This document shows positions 17,909-26,362 of a stretch of DNA of 64,000 nucleotides, one piece after another (position 1 is the stretch's first letter; each line of letters starts with the position of its first letter). Source of the DNA: Escherichia phage vB_EcoM_DE17; sequence record OP595146.1. One strand, 5' to 3'. The position numbers and the translations under genes are program-made. The notes beneath the pieces were generated by a model. It saw only the letters and a list, made by a program, of their open reading frames with translations. It did not search any database and was not told the origin of the DNA.

Positions 17909-18086
17909 TACCTGCACAATTCTAAAATGATTTTTCTTGCCCGACCTGAGCGGGGTCTGCACGTTTTGAAAATGAAAAAGCTCTTTGGAGATTACCTGCA
18001 CAATTTGAAAATGAATTTTCTCTTTGGAGTTCAAAATTATCTCTACAGATTTCTCTACAGAACTCTACCTGCACAATCCTAAAATG
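17909..18086 (+). repeat. three direct repeats of ACCTGCACAAT-NNN-AAAATGA
   Basis: Copies at about 17909, 17994 and 18066, spaced 72-85 bp apart; too few and too imperfect for CRISPR. Confidence 0.5.
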
Positions 18087-18160
18087 AAAAAACCCTCCTT
18101 ACCTGAAAAATTTAACAGATAAGAAAGGTTTAGCCTATTGTGAATATTCTACAGAGTTTC

Positions 18161-18946
18161 TTAGTTCTTTGCGTCTAAGAAGGTAACTTCTTGTGATGAG
18201 AAAATCTCCTCGATATCCTCATCAGTTCTTGCATAGATATAAGTATCTGCATCACTGCCAAATGTTACTGCAATCCTGTGATTGCTCTTCGACAGGTGGG
18301 TAACTAGAGCGTTACTTAGAGACATCTTTTCAACCGGAGGGTTACTTTGATGTATCTTGCCTTTTCTTCGTCTGAAGAGGGTAACTGCATCATCAGTGAA
18401 CGTTACTACACCTGCAAAGTATTCTGGTTCACAGTAGTTCTTCCAACCTGAGAGTAACTTGTGGTACAACTCTCCTTCGTAGACATATAGATAAACATCT
18501 ACACTCTTCATCACCTGATTAATGATAACGGTGACGGCTTGAGGGTCTAGTCCACCGATACCTGCACCAATCATAGGTAACCCAACTTTCTTCAACTGAT
18601 TAACTTCACAGTACCTGTTAAGCTGTTTCAAAGATGATTCTAAAGCACTGTATCGGGCATCTTTACCAGTCTTAAGCTGAGTGTAAAGGTTAGCTATACG
18701 GCCTTGTTTTAAACGTGCTACAGAGAAATTACCTAGTAAGTTCTCACAGGGCTTGTGGCCTATGCCACCTGCATACAGATAAACTTCTGTATCAGTCTCA
18801 TATGCTTTTGGGTAAAGTTTAGAAATCTTGTCAGCGATACCTGCACCCATTAAATTCATACAGTTGCAACCGTGACCAATGACGTCAAACTTACCTTTAT
18901 CAAATGCGGCAAAGATATCACCATTGATGATTTTTATAATACCCAT
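18161..18946 (-). CDS. macro-domain (ADP-ribose-binding/processing) protein with C-terminal extension
   Basis: 261 aa; N-terminal IINGDIF...DVIGHGCNCMNLMGAGIA and later GLPMIGAGIGGLDP follow the macro-domain pattern (G-D-I-x, H/N-x-x-N-x-x-x-G-x-G-I-A, second Gly-rich loop). Recalled pattern, not a search hit. Confidence 0.6.
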   Translation of the reverse strand: MGIIKIINGDIFAAFDKGKFDVIGHGCNCMNLMGAGIADKISKLYPKAYETDTEVYLYAGGIGHKPCENLLGNFSVARLKQGRIANLYTQLKTGKDARYSALESSLKQLNRYCEVNQLKKVGLPMIGAGIGGLDPQAVTVIINQVMKSVDVYLYVYEGELYHKLLSGWKNYCEPEYFAGVVTFTDDAVTLFRRRKGKIHQSNPPVEKMSLSNALVTHLSKSNHRIAVTFGSDADTYIYARTDEDIEEIFSSQEVTFLDAKN

Positions 18947-19147
18947 TTAACATCTCTCCCAAGATTCTTTATCTTCTGAAGGTTTTACACGCTGCCCTTC
19001 GTGGTCTACCCAGATGCACCCACAACCTTCACAGATTACTGGCATTGCATAGCCAGCTTTAAAGTCATCTTCAGTGATAAGACCCTTTAAGTCACCTGTA
19101 TCACGTCCGAACATTTCGATAGCACAGTCTTTGCAGAAGTCAGCCAT
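18947..19147 (-). CDS. small Cys-rich zinc-ribbon-like protein
   Basis: 66 aa with C-x-x-C ... C-x-G-C-G-C; translationally coupled to the macro-domain gene. Confidence 0.5.
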   Translation of the reverse strand: MADFCKDCAIEMFGRDTGDLKGLITEDDFKAGYAMPVICEGCGCIWVDHEGQRVKPSEDKESWERC

Positions 19148-19373
19148 GAATAATTACCTCTTGAGTGATGATGCCTTTACCACAGCGACTTTTAAAGTCT
19201 CCTAATGGTTCAGAGAAGAAGTCACGGAAATGGTTACTGCACTCACGTTTCATCACCTTCTTGTAAGTTAACACATCTTCTCCTGTAAACGGGACGACTT
19301 CATGTCTCCCTTTGAATACTGCTGAACTTACAATCTTACGTGTCTTTTTATCTCTGGCTAGTATTACTTTCAT
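19140..19373 (-). CDS. hypothetical protein
   Basis: 77-aa ORF. Confidence 0.5.
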   Translation of the reverse strand: MKVILARDKKTRKIVSSAVFKGRHEVVPFTGEDVLTYKKVMKRECSNHFRDFFSEPLGDFKSRCGKGIITQEVIIHG

Positions 19374-19713
19374 AGTTTACCTTCTCAGTTAGCTCATATA
19401 AATCAACATGCTCAAGACTATCAATGTTGATACCAATCTTTTTGAAGCGTTCTATCACTTCGTTGTCAGTCATCCATATCAGACACCAATGATTGTGGAT
19501 GGATTCTTCAAGAAGGTCAACACAATCTTTAAAAGTTTTTGTATCACTTCTTGTTCCGACTACTGCGATTGTCCCATACAACCACTTACCATTACCATAA
19601 GATACTTGTGCTACGCCAACTTCTTTATCTTTCTCGTAGTAAACGGCTACAAAGTCTCTTCCATTAATCTGCATTTGTAAGTTCCTCTGTTGGTAATTCA
19701 CCATTTTCAGCAA
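19348..19713 (-). CDS. hypothetical protein (start may be the internal ATG at 19674)
   Basis: 121-aa ORF; 50-nt overlap with the upstream gene if the longest start is used. Confidence 0.5.
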   Translation of the reverse strand: MLKMVNYQQRNLQMQINGRDFVAVYYEKDKEVGVAQVSYGNGKWLYGTIAVVGTRSDTKTFKDCVDLLEESIHNHWCLIWMTDNEVIERFKKIGINIDSLEHVDLYELTEKVNYESNTSQR

Positions 19714-19978
19714 AGTACTGAAGGTATGGCAATAACTCTTTCACCTGTTCTTGGTTGAGTTTCATTCTTTGGTTACCTACAAAATCTTTGCCTACTAATG
19801 CTGGGATATCAAGTGTTTTCCAGCCACCATCTAGGTACTGAACAGAGACCTCTTTAGCACCTAACCAAATACATGGTTCATATGATGAACTCTCTTGTAA
19901 AGTACAAATTTCCCCTTTAGCATCTTTAAATTCTGCATAAGAAAATCCACGATTTGTTGGCTGGAATTGCATAATCAT
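19664..19978 (-). CDS. hypothetical protein
   Basis: 104-aa ORF. Confidence 0.5.
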   Translation of the reverse strand: MIMQFQPTNRGFSYAEFKDAKGEICTLQESSSYEPCIWLGAKEVSVQYLDGGWKTLDIPALVGKDFVGNQRMKLNQEQVKELLPYLQYFAENGELPTEELTNAD

Positions 19979-20244
19979 TTCCTCGTTTTGATAACTGCTA
20001 AGATTTCTTTAGAGTCTGGTAAGAACCATGTGTAGTGATTCTCTTTGATTTCTGGATGAGTGTCAACCTTTATTTTGCACTCTTTACCAACGTGCTTAAG
20101 CTGTGCTGTGACACCTTGCATAAAGATATGACACATCACATTATCCATAATGGTTGGTAAGAAGTCAATTCGCATATAAGTTTCTTTTGGTCGTGGTAAC
20201 AGTAAGTAACCCTCTACGTAAAAAGTATCTTCATTCTCTGTCAT
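19975..20244 (-). CDS. hypothetical protein
   Basis: 89-aa ORF. Confidence 0.5.
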   Translation of the reverse strand: MTENEDTFYVEGYLLLPRPKETYMRIDFLPTIMDNVMCHIFMQGVTAQLKHVGKECKIKVDTHPEIKENHYTWFLPDSKEILAVIKTRK

Positions 20245-20510
20245 TGCTGTTTATTTCCTAATAAAATCATATCAATAAGGTTATTAGCTTTGATTGTGCA
20301 CTGGTAAAAACCATCACGATAAAACTCAAGGGCTGCTGCCACATCACTACCGGTATTACCTTTGATAGTGAATCTTGACTCCTCTTGAGTGTACTTGTCA
20401 CTCTCACTTACTTGGGAGTTTTTGAATGTACTGTTCACTTTGTTCGTTGAACACCCTGACATAATTATCAGTAACACAAACATTATAAAACTCTGGCTTA
20501 GTTTTTTCAT
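20241..20510 (-). CDS. putative o-spanin (Rz1-like outer-membrane lipoprotein)
   Basis: 89 aa; signal peptide with lipobox-like IIMSGC; starts inside the upstream gene in another frame, the classic Rz/Rz1 layout. Confidence 0.5.
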   Translation of the reverse strand: MKKLSQSFIMFVLLIIMSGCSTNKVNSTFKNSQVSESDKYTQEESRFTIKGNTGSDVAAALEFYRDGFYQCTIKANNLIDMILLGNKQQ

Positions 20511-20751
20511 ATGTTAGTACCTCTTTTGTATGCTTATTCTTAGCAAGCACATCTTTCAAATCATTTTTGTAATTGGTGCTCAGTGTGGCTAAACCTTCCT
20601 GATAAGCGTCTTTAGCAACACTTATTAGTTTCTCATTGCTTAACTCAGCTTCAGCAACTTGGTAGTCTCTGTAAGAGTATCCTCCCCAGACACCTGCCCC
20701 AACTAAGAAAACAATTATGAAAGTAGCTTGACAGAACTCTTTAAATGTCAT
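20404..20751 (-). CDS. putative i-spanin (Rz-like, N-terminal TM plus periplasmic coiled coil)
   Basis: 115 aa; N-terminal TM (ATFIIVFLVGAGVWGGY) followed by a charged helical region; overlaps the lipoprotein ORF. Confidence 0.5.
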   Translation of the reverse strand: MTFKEFCQATFIIVFLVGAGVWGGYSYRDYQVAEAELSNEKLISVAKDAYQEGLATLSTNYKNDLKDVLAKNKHTKEVLTYEKTKPEFYNVCVTDNYVRVFNEQSEQYIQKLPSK

Positions 20752-20767
20752 TTAACAATCTCCTGAA

Positions 20768-20793
20768 ATGAAAAAGGCTCCCGAAGGAGCCTG
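20768..20793 (-). terminator. rho-independent terminator (minus strand)
   Basis: GGCTCC-CGAA-GGAGCC hairpin with a U-run on the minus strand. Confidence 0.55.
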
Positions 20794-20803
20794 TATCTTA
20801 ACC

Positions 20804-21283
20804 TTAACCGAGGACTTTAGCAAGGATATTTGCAGCCATCGAAGAAGCTTTTGCAGCAGCAACTACGCCAGCTTTGACAGTGCTATCCTTAATAGCAGAT
20901 ACCGTTGCAGCATCAGTAAAGAGATAAGTGATTGTTTTAGAACCACTCGTAAAGGAAAGCATAAGAGTAGTTTCCAGATTGAAAGAGCGATACGGAGCAC
21001 CTTCTTTAACGATACCTTCAGCACCTAACTCTGAAGCCTTACCCATATCATAGATAGTCATCAGGTTTTCTTTGTGTGCAGTCGTTGAACCAGCACCTTT
21101 TACGTGCTTTTTAACATTCAACAATGCACGATATTCACGAATGCTGCCATCAGCTTTTACATTAACAGCACGGAAAATTTTACCTTCAAAGTTACCTTGA
21201 ATCATTTTACGAACTACTTCAGATTTGTTTGCCGTATCGTCCAGTGCTACCGTAATGATATTGTTCATAAGTTTTTCTCTCAA
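20804..21283 (-). CDS. hypothetical protein (start possibly at MNNIITV)
   Basis: 159-aa ORF. Confidence 0.55.
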   Translation of the reverse strand: MREKLMNNIITVALDDTANKSEVVRKMIQGNFEGKIFRAVNVKADGSIREYRALLNVKKHVKGAGSTTAHKENLMTIYDMGKASELGAEGIVKEGAPYRSFNLETTLMLSFTSGSKTITYLFTDAATVSAIKDSTVKAGVVAAAKASSMAANILAKVLG

Positions 21284-21975
21284 TGTTTAACTAACATGGT
21301 TTTAATGTGTGGAAGGATTCTGTTAACCTTCTGAACATTCTTCTCTGTATCTTCTATAAAACATACTATATTAAAATAAGGAAGAATGCAAGATTGAATC
21401 ATCCTCACTTTCAAACTTTCTGCACTTATAGAGTTAGTTCCAAAACCACGCATAAAAAGCATGTAATCATGCTCTATGTAATGCCTTAAAAACATCTCAG
21501 TAGGTACTCTCTGAGATTCACCCCTCGCTGTCAAGAGTCCAATGGTAGCATGATTAGAGATTGCATCAATAATATTGAAAACATATGTTGGTTTTGCACT
21601 TACAGAGTCAAGCAAATTAGTGTACTGTGAAAATGACCCATCAATCAGTTCCGTTGAGCAATCTTCGTGATTAAAATTTGTAAGAACACCATCAATATCT
21701 GCTAAGATGAGGTTACCTTTTTCTACAAGGTCTTTATTAACTATGACTAAACTGTCACGTCTTACACCTATAGATTGCCCCGTCTCTTTATCCACAACGT
21801 TCACAATTGGTTGTGATGTGTGGAACTCTTCAAGTGAACATACAACTTCTCTTGCAGTGTCTTCAAAATCCCTGCACTGTTCTGAAGTCCATACACAGGA
21901 ATCAAGACCTAACTCATGAGGGTGCAAGTCATAAGCATGGCACAATATTTCATCAGACTTTCTTAATTTTTTCAT
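21280..21975 (-). CDS. putative HAD-like hydrolase / nucleotidase
   Basis: 231 aa; ADIDGVLTN resembles HAD motif I (DxDGxL) and GLLTARGE motif II. Weak, motif-only. Confidence 0.4.
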   Translation of the reverse strand: MKKLRKSDEILCHAYDLHPHELGLDSCVWTSEQCRDFEDTAREVVCSLEEFHTSQPIVNVVDKETGQSIGVRRDSLVIVNKDLVEKGNLILADIDGVLTNFNHEDCSTELIDGSFSQYTNLLDSVSAKPTYVFNIIDAISNHATIGLLTARGESQRVPTEMFLRHYIEHDYMLFMRGFGTNSISAESLKVRMIQSCILPYFNIVCFIEDTEKNVQKVNRILPHIKTMLVKH

Positions 21976-22501
21976 GGTTTACCTTAGAAATGTTTGTTGC
22001 AAATTCACATTGAGCGATGACTTTCATATTGTTGTAGACATCTTGAGAGTATTTCTTAGCTTTAGGGATTTTGTACGAATACCCAGCATTATATGATGCT
22101 AAAACTTTTTGTAAAGTCTTCTTTGACTTTGGCTGACCATGCACCTTTGTCCAAAACTCAAGCTCTTTATGTGTTTCTTTTGCGGCATAATCAAAGTCCT
22201 TTAAGAGTTTCTTTTTAGCCACATTAGGACTGATTTTGTTACGCTTTACAACAGTCTTCAAGTGATTCTGGAAAATACCATAGTCGTGGGTCTTTTTATT
22301 CTCTACCTTCAGACCTAACTCTGACTCTTGTAAGGCTATAGCTGCTAGAGTAATACCCCAGCCTTTCCCCATATTATTCTCACCATACTGGTAAGCTTTT
22401 AACATGTTTACTTTTTGGCTAATTGTTAGCTCTGGGCAGTCAACTGCATAAGATAAGTGTGCTGTAAACATTAAGCACAAGCCTAGAATCAATTTCTTCA
22501 T
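21953..22501 (-). CDS. secreted lytic-transglycosylase-like (SLT domain) protein
   Basis: 182 aa; N-terminal signal peptide (MKKLILGLCLMFTAHLSYA), then ALQESELG ... YGIFQ resembling the SLT catalytic Glu-Ser and GLMQ-type motifs. Confidence 0.5.
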   Translation of the reverse strand: MKKLILGLCLMFTAHLSYAVDCPELTISQKVNMLKAYQYGENNMGKGWGITLAAIALQESELGLKVENKKTHDYGIFQNHLKTVVKRNKISPNVAKKKLLKDFDYAAKETHKELEFWTKVHGQPKSKKTLQKVLASYNAGYSYKIPKAKKYSQDVYNNMKVIAQCEFATNISKVNHEKIKKV

Positions 22502-22562
22502 TGGTTCTCCTGTTTAGTTTATCGTGACAACAATTATACAGCACTCTGCACAAAATACAAAT

Positions 22563-22586
22563 AAAAAAGGCCGCCGAAGCAGCCTT
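22563..22586 (-). terminator. rho-independent terminator (minus strand)
   Basis: GGCTGC-TTCG-GCGGCC hairpin then UUUUUU on the minus strand, just after rIIB. Confidence 0.55.
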
Positions 22587-22601
22587 TTAAGAAATTACTT
22601 A

Positions 22602-23711
22602 TTAGATTTCACGTTTACGTTGAGAGATAAGTTCACCAGCAGTGCCAACGATGACATGCAAAGCTTCAGTCTTACCATCCCATGCTTTCAGCACTTTACG
22701 TTGATTATCAACGATTGCTGCAACTTCATAACGAGAGGAACGCATCTTCATATCGTTGTAATCAGTTGGAACAGATACAACATCTCGTGGATGGACACGA
22801 ACCTTCAGGATGGTATCACCTGAGAAGCAACGAACATAATCCCAAGCACCAACATGAAGACCTTGAGAGCAAGTTACGTTACGGTTGTTATCAACCATCC
22901 AACGTGGCATCTCTACAATGTTACCCAAATCATTAGGTACTTTGTAGGTGTGAGAGTCAACCAGCTTGCCTTCACGAGTAGAGACTTTCTTCCAACCAAT
23001 GATGTAGCCTTCTTCATCAATTTCAACATCAAGGTGAGATACAAATCCCCAAAGTTGTTCTACAGAATCTTTAGATGGGTTTTCCATCAGTTTTTCGAAG
23101 AACATTACAAGTCGTTCAAAACCTTTATCACCAGTTTTCATCATGTGAAGAATACGGTCAACCAGAGTAGAACGCATCTCAACAGCACCGTAGAAGAGCT
23201 TGTCACCTTTGATTGTGATAGCGCCCTGAGTGAAGTTTTCGATAGACTTACGAATGTTCATCAGTTCAAATGCTTTCTTGAACTCACCTTTCACAACATG
23301 AACTACAATCTCTTGATAGTTCGGATGAGTAGATTCAACAATTTCAGATTCTGAACCGTAAGTCATAATTACAGAGTCACCAGTAATCATGTACTCAATC
23401 TTGTCATCTTTCTGCATAGCTTCATGCAGTTTATTCACTGGAGCTTTCTGTACAGCGTCTTTAACGACCTTTTCAACTGGTTTGCCAGCTTTCTTCTTAA
23501 AGGTCTTAGCAACTTGCTTCAAAGTCTTCGTAGCTGGTGTAGAAGCTGCCTTTTTCTTTCCTTTTAAGGTTGCTTCATGACGCTCTACAGCACGACCAAC
23601 TGAACGGGTTGAAGTATTGAACTTCTGTGCAATAGCTGTTTTAGTCAGCTTACCTTCTTTAACCAGTTCGTAAATTTCTGCGTCAATCTGTGCTTTAGTT
23701 TTAGTAGTCAT
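22602..23711 (-). CDS. rIIB: rIIB-like protein
   Basis: 369 aa; C-terminal KVRVHPRDVVSVPTDYNDMKMRSSRYEV closely matches the T4 rIIB C-terminus as recalled; adjacent to rIIA. Confidence 0.8.
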   Translation of the reverse strand: MTTKTKAQIDAEIYELVKEGKLTKTAIAQKFNTSTRSVGRAVERHEATLKGKKKAASTPATKTLKQVAKTFKKKAGKPVEKVVKDAVQKAPVNKLHEAMQKDDKIEYMITGDSVIMTYGSESEIVESTHPNYQEIVVHVVKGEFKKAFELMNIRKSIENFTQGAITIKGDKLFYGAVEMRSTLVDRILHMMKTGDKGFERLVMFFEKLMENPSKDSVEQLWGFVSHLDVEIDEEGYIIGWKKVSTREGKLVDSHTYKVPNDLGNIVEMPRWMVDNNRNVTCSQGLHVGAWDYVRCFSGDTILKVRVHPRDVVSVPTDYNDMKMRSSRYEVAAIVDNQRKVLKAWDGKTEALHVIVGTAGELISQRKREI

Positions 23712-23790
23712 CTTATTACTCTCTCTTGTTAATTAATAAATCATTTTGTAAGGCTATTCTAAGGGGCTTTGAAGCCCCTTGTCAAACACT

Positions 23791-26157
23791 TTAATCGTAA
23801 ATTGTAGTCCCTTCTGGAACACACTTCACATCAAAGCCTAAGAACTTACTCACTTCGATGGGTGACACTTTATTCCAATCTAAATGAGAAAGCAAGAAGT
23901 TTTCTTGTTTTCTTTTTGAAAGGTAGTTTGTCACCTTGATGACCATACGGTCACCAGCTTTCTTAATTTTCTTGTACAGCTTTGTATCATTATCAAGACA
24001 GCTTTTTAAATCTTGCAACACACTAATAGTGTAAGTGTATGCAAAAGGTGCAGCAACGTATTGGATTTTACCAAACATTGCCTCTACAGCATCTTCATTA
24101 CCTTCTAAGAAGATAGTTTTGTTTGTGTCTCGTGAATAGCAATAACCGCGAGAAATCTTCCTGTTATTGAACGTAAAGTTTCTGGCAATAATCCAACTGC
24201 TTGTAAGGTCTAGGACACCATTCATATAGATACGTGTCATATACCTGTTATGATTAATCCAGTGAACATCAGTTAAGCTGTCGTTCAAGAGCTTCTCATC
24301 TACTTCAATCCAGTCTTCTGGTATCTTTTTCCAATTTGCTTTTCGGAAAACATAGACTGTCTTTTCAATGACATTGGCAACTGACTTAGCTACATCTTCT
24401 GGAGATGAGCAAAAACATTCACCATCAACTGTGTCGCCTACTGCCTTAATATAAAGCTGAGGCTCTTCAATCGTATCTAAGTCTTCTGACACCTCTTTGT
24501 ATGAAGCTACGCCTTCTGCTGGAACAGCTTTCCAAAGTTTTACAACACCTCTTACAGCTTCTTTACGCTGATAATGGTGTTCCTTATCAGACATCTTCAC
24601 AATCTTTAACAAGCTTTTATCAAGTTTGTGAAGATTGATTAAATCATCTAGCTCTTCCTCATTAGAGAATACAAAGACGATACCATTGTATCTGTGAAAC
24701 AGACTTGACTCACTGGCATAGTCTCGACATGCACCACGCAGAATCTGATTGCGTCCTACAGTCTTCTCAGTACCATTTTTATTGCGACGGTCATTTATAA
24801 CAAACAAAAACTGTTCAATTTGACTTTTACGCATTGCGCCAAAGATATTGAACATACTTGCCTCTTGAGTGTAGGAAAGCGCTGTTGCACGAATCTTACT
24901 TTCTAAAGAGTTGAACTTAACATAAGCAACTGGATTATAAAGATAATCTACTTTAGGGATATTGTTCCCGTTCCTATCAACCTTAATATTGCCTTTACCG
25001 TCACGTTCGTAAATGACTGAGCCGTCTTCTGCGTAGATAATTCCACGACGAATGTTTAGTAATTCTTCTTCCAGAGAATCAAGCTTAACACCACCCCACT
25101 CTAGCTTTGGACACACAGCATTAAACATCTCTCGTGAGTTCAAGCGTAACTCAGCATAAGCCTGTGCAGCATCCATGAGTGTAGGTTGGCTATTAACTTT
25201 CTTGATAACATCCTTTGTAATTGCTTCAGTTATCTTTTTGGTAGCCTCAATGATAACATTTTTTGTCGTATCATTCATCTGCAATGCTTCACGAGAAGCT
25301 GCAATAGCAACTGAGCCAATAGGCATGTAGATGTTTACAAGGTCTACGCTCCTGCGGAAAAATTCTGGCAATACTTTGAAGAAATCATCACCAAGTAATG
25401 CTTCCATATTAACAGGGTAGGCAATGTTACCCATCACCACATTAAACTCTGTCCTGTTACCACTAGAACGCCAGCTTTGTTTGTGAATCATGGCATCATA
25501 AACACCTTCTTCACGGGCAATGACATTCATATCTGCTAATACATCGTCATACTCGATATTACTTTCTGGTTTTACAGCAAAGTATGAGTATACGTTACCA
25601 GCTTCTTCAAAGAACTTTGAGATGCGGTGGTCAGCAACTGCTACACGTACAGCTAAACCATTAGGCTCTTTTGTTGGGTTGGTGGTCAGTTTAGTTACTT
25701 GAGGAATGCCATTCTCAAGGTAAACAGAGTACTTATTAACCACACCATCAACATAGCTAGACACTGTGAATGACTGAGCAATTGCAAATGGGGATTTTGA
25801 GCCGATACCCATTGCACCAATGTAGTCATTAGAGTCATTCTTCGTAGAAGCCCCGTAGTTTAGGTACAAACTCATAACTTTATCATGAGTCAATCCAGTT
25901 CCAAAATCACGGACTTCAAAGTAAGGCTCAAAACGAGTAGGTAAATGCACATGGAACGGGATATTCTCTTTTCCAGCTTCTTTCTGAGCATCTACTGCGT
26001 TACATGACAGTTCACGAATCACTGCCCTTTCTTTAAAGGTATATACACCAGAACTCAAAAGGCTGAACATTTCAGGTGTCATTGTAATCTGTGCTTGAGA
26101 CGTCTCTAAAGAAGTTGAACTCTTAATCACTTCTGCGTGGTCATTTACCATGCGCAT
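23791..26157 (-). CDS. rIIA: rIIA-like protein (GHKL-type ATPase fold N-terminus)
   Basis: 788 aa; AVIRELSCNAVDA, RDFGTGL and SNDYIGAMGIGSKSPFA match the N-box/G1/G2 motifs of T4 rIIA as recalled. Confidence 0.85.
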   Translation of the reverse strand: MRMVNDHAEVIKSSTSLETSQAQITMTPEMFSLLSSGVYTFKERAVIRELSCNAVDAQKEAGKENIPFHVHLPTRFEPYFEVRDFGTGLTHDKVMSLYLNYGASTKNDSNDYIGAMGIGSKSPFAIAQSFTVSSYVDGVVNKYSVYLENGIPQVTKLTTNPTKEPNGLAVRVAVADHRISKFFEEAGNVYSYFAVKPESNIEYDDVLADMNVIAREEGVYDAMIHKQSWRSSGNRTEFNVVMGNIAYPVNMEALLGDDFFKVLPEFFRRSVDLVNIYMPIGSVAIAASREALQMNDTTKNVIIEATKKITEAITKDVIKKVNSQPTLMDAAQAYAELRLNSREMFNAVCPKLEWGGVKLDSLEEELLNIRRGIIYAEDGSVIYERDGKGNIKVDRNGNNIPKVDYLYNPVAYVKFNSLESKIRATALSYTQEASMFNIFGAMRKSQIEQFLFVINDRRNKNGTEKTVGRNQILRGACRDYASESSLFHRYNGIVFVFSNEEELDDLINLHKLDKSLLKIVKMSDKEHHYQRKEAVRGVVKLWKAVPAEGVASYKEVSEDLDTIEEPQLYIKAVGDTVDGECFCSSPEDVAKSVANVIEKTVYVFRKANWKKIPEDWIEVDEKLLNDSLTDVHWINHNRYMTRIYMNGVLDLTSSWIIARNFTFNNRKISRGYCYSRDTNKTIFLEGNEDAVEAMFGKIQYVAAPFAYTYTISVLQDLKSCLDNDTKLYKKIKKAGDRMVIKVTNYLSKRKQENFLLSHLDWNKVSPIEVSKFLGFDVKCVPEGTTIYD

Positions 26158-26185
26158 AATACTTTCCTCTTAGTTTACTGTTAAA

Positions 26186-26362
26186 TTACTTATTAAACAT
26201 TTTACCAGAACCACCACACATAGGACAGCAACCTGCTCTTGTATAGCCTTCTCCATTACAGTAGTCACATTTTTTGTGTTCTGCAAAGTACTTACAAAGA
26301 AGATAAACAAGGACTGCTACACCACCAAGTGACAGTAAAATTTCTACCCAATATGCTTGCAT
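26186..26362 (-). CDS. hypothetical small membrane zinc-ribbon protein (58 aa, below ORF-track cutoff)
   Basis: Hand-translated MQAYWVEILLSLGGVAVLVYLLCKYFAEHKKCDYCNGEGYTRAGCCPMCGGSGKMFNK: one TM helix plus CxxC...CCPMCGG; lies directly upstream of rIIA. Confidence 0.35.
   Translation of the reverse strand: MQAYWVEILLSLGGVAVLVYLLCKYFAEHKKCDYCNGEGYTRAGCCPMCGGSGKMFNK

Noticed and set aside
17852-18082. 76-aa plus-strand ORF across the G-rich tract and direct repeats
   Set aside because: Its peptide is just the translation of the repeats (YLHNSKM/YLHNLKM) and the G-tract, it has no RBS, and it lies in an intergenic control region.
17909-18086. Possible CRISPR array from the three direct repeats
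   Set aside because: Only three imperfect ~21-nt copies with irregular spacing, no cas genes, and a phage context; treated as a regulatory repeat instead.
22854-23354. 166-aa plus-strand ORF
   Set aside because: Entirely antisense to the well-supported rIIB gene; low-complexity F/N/V-rich translation typical of an AT-rich antisense frame.
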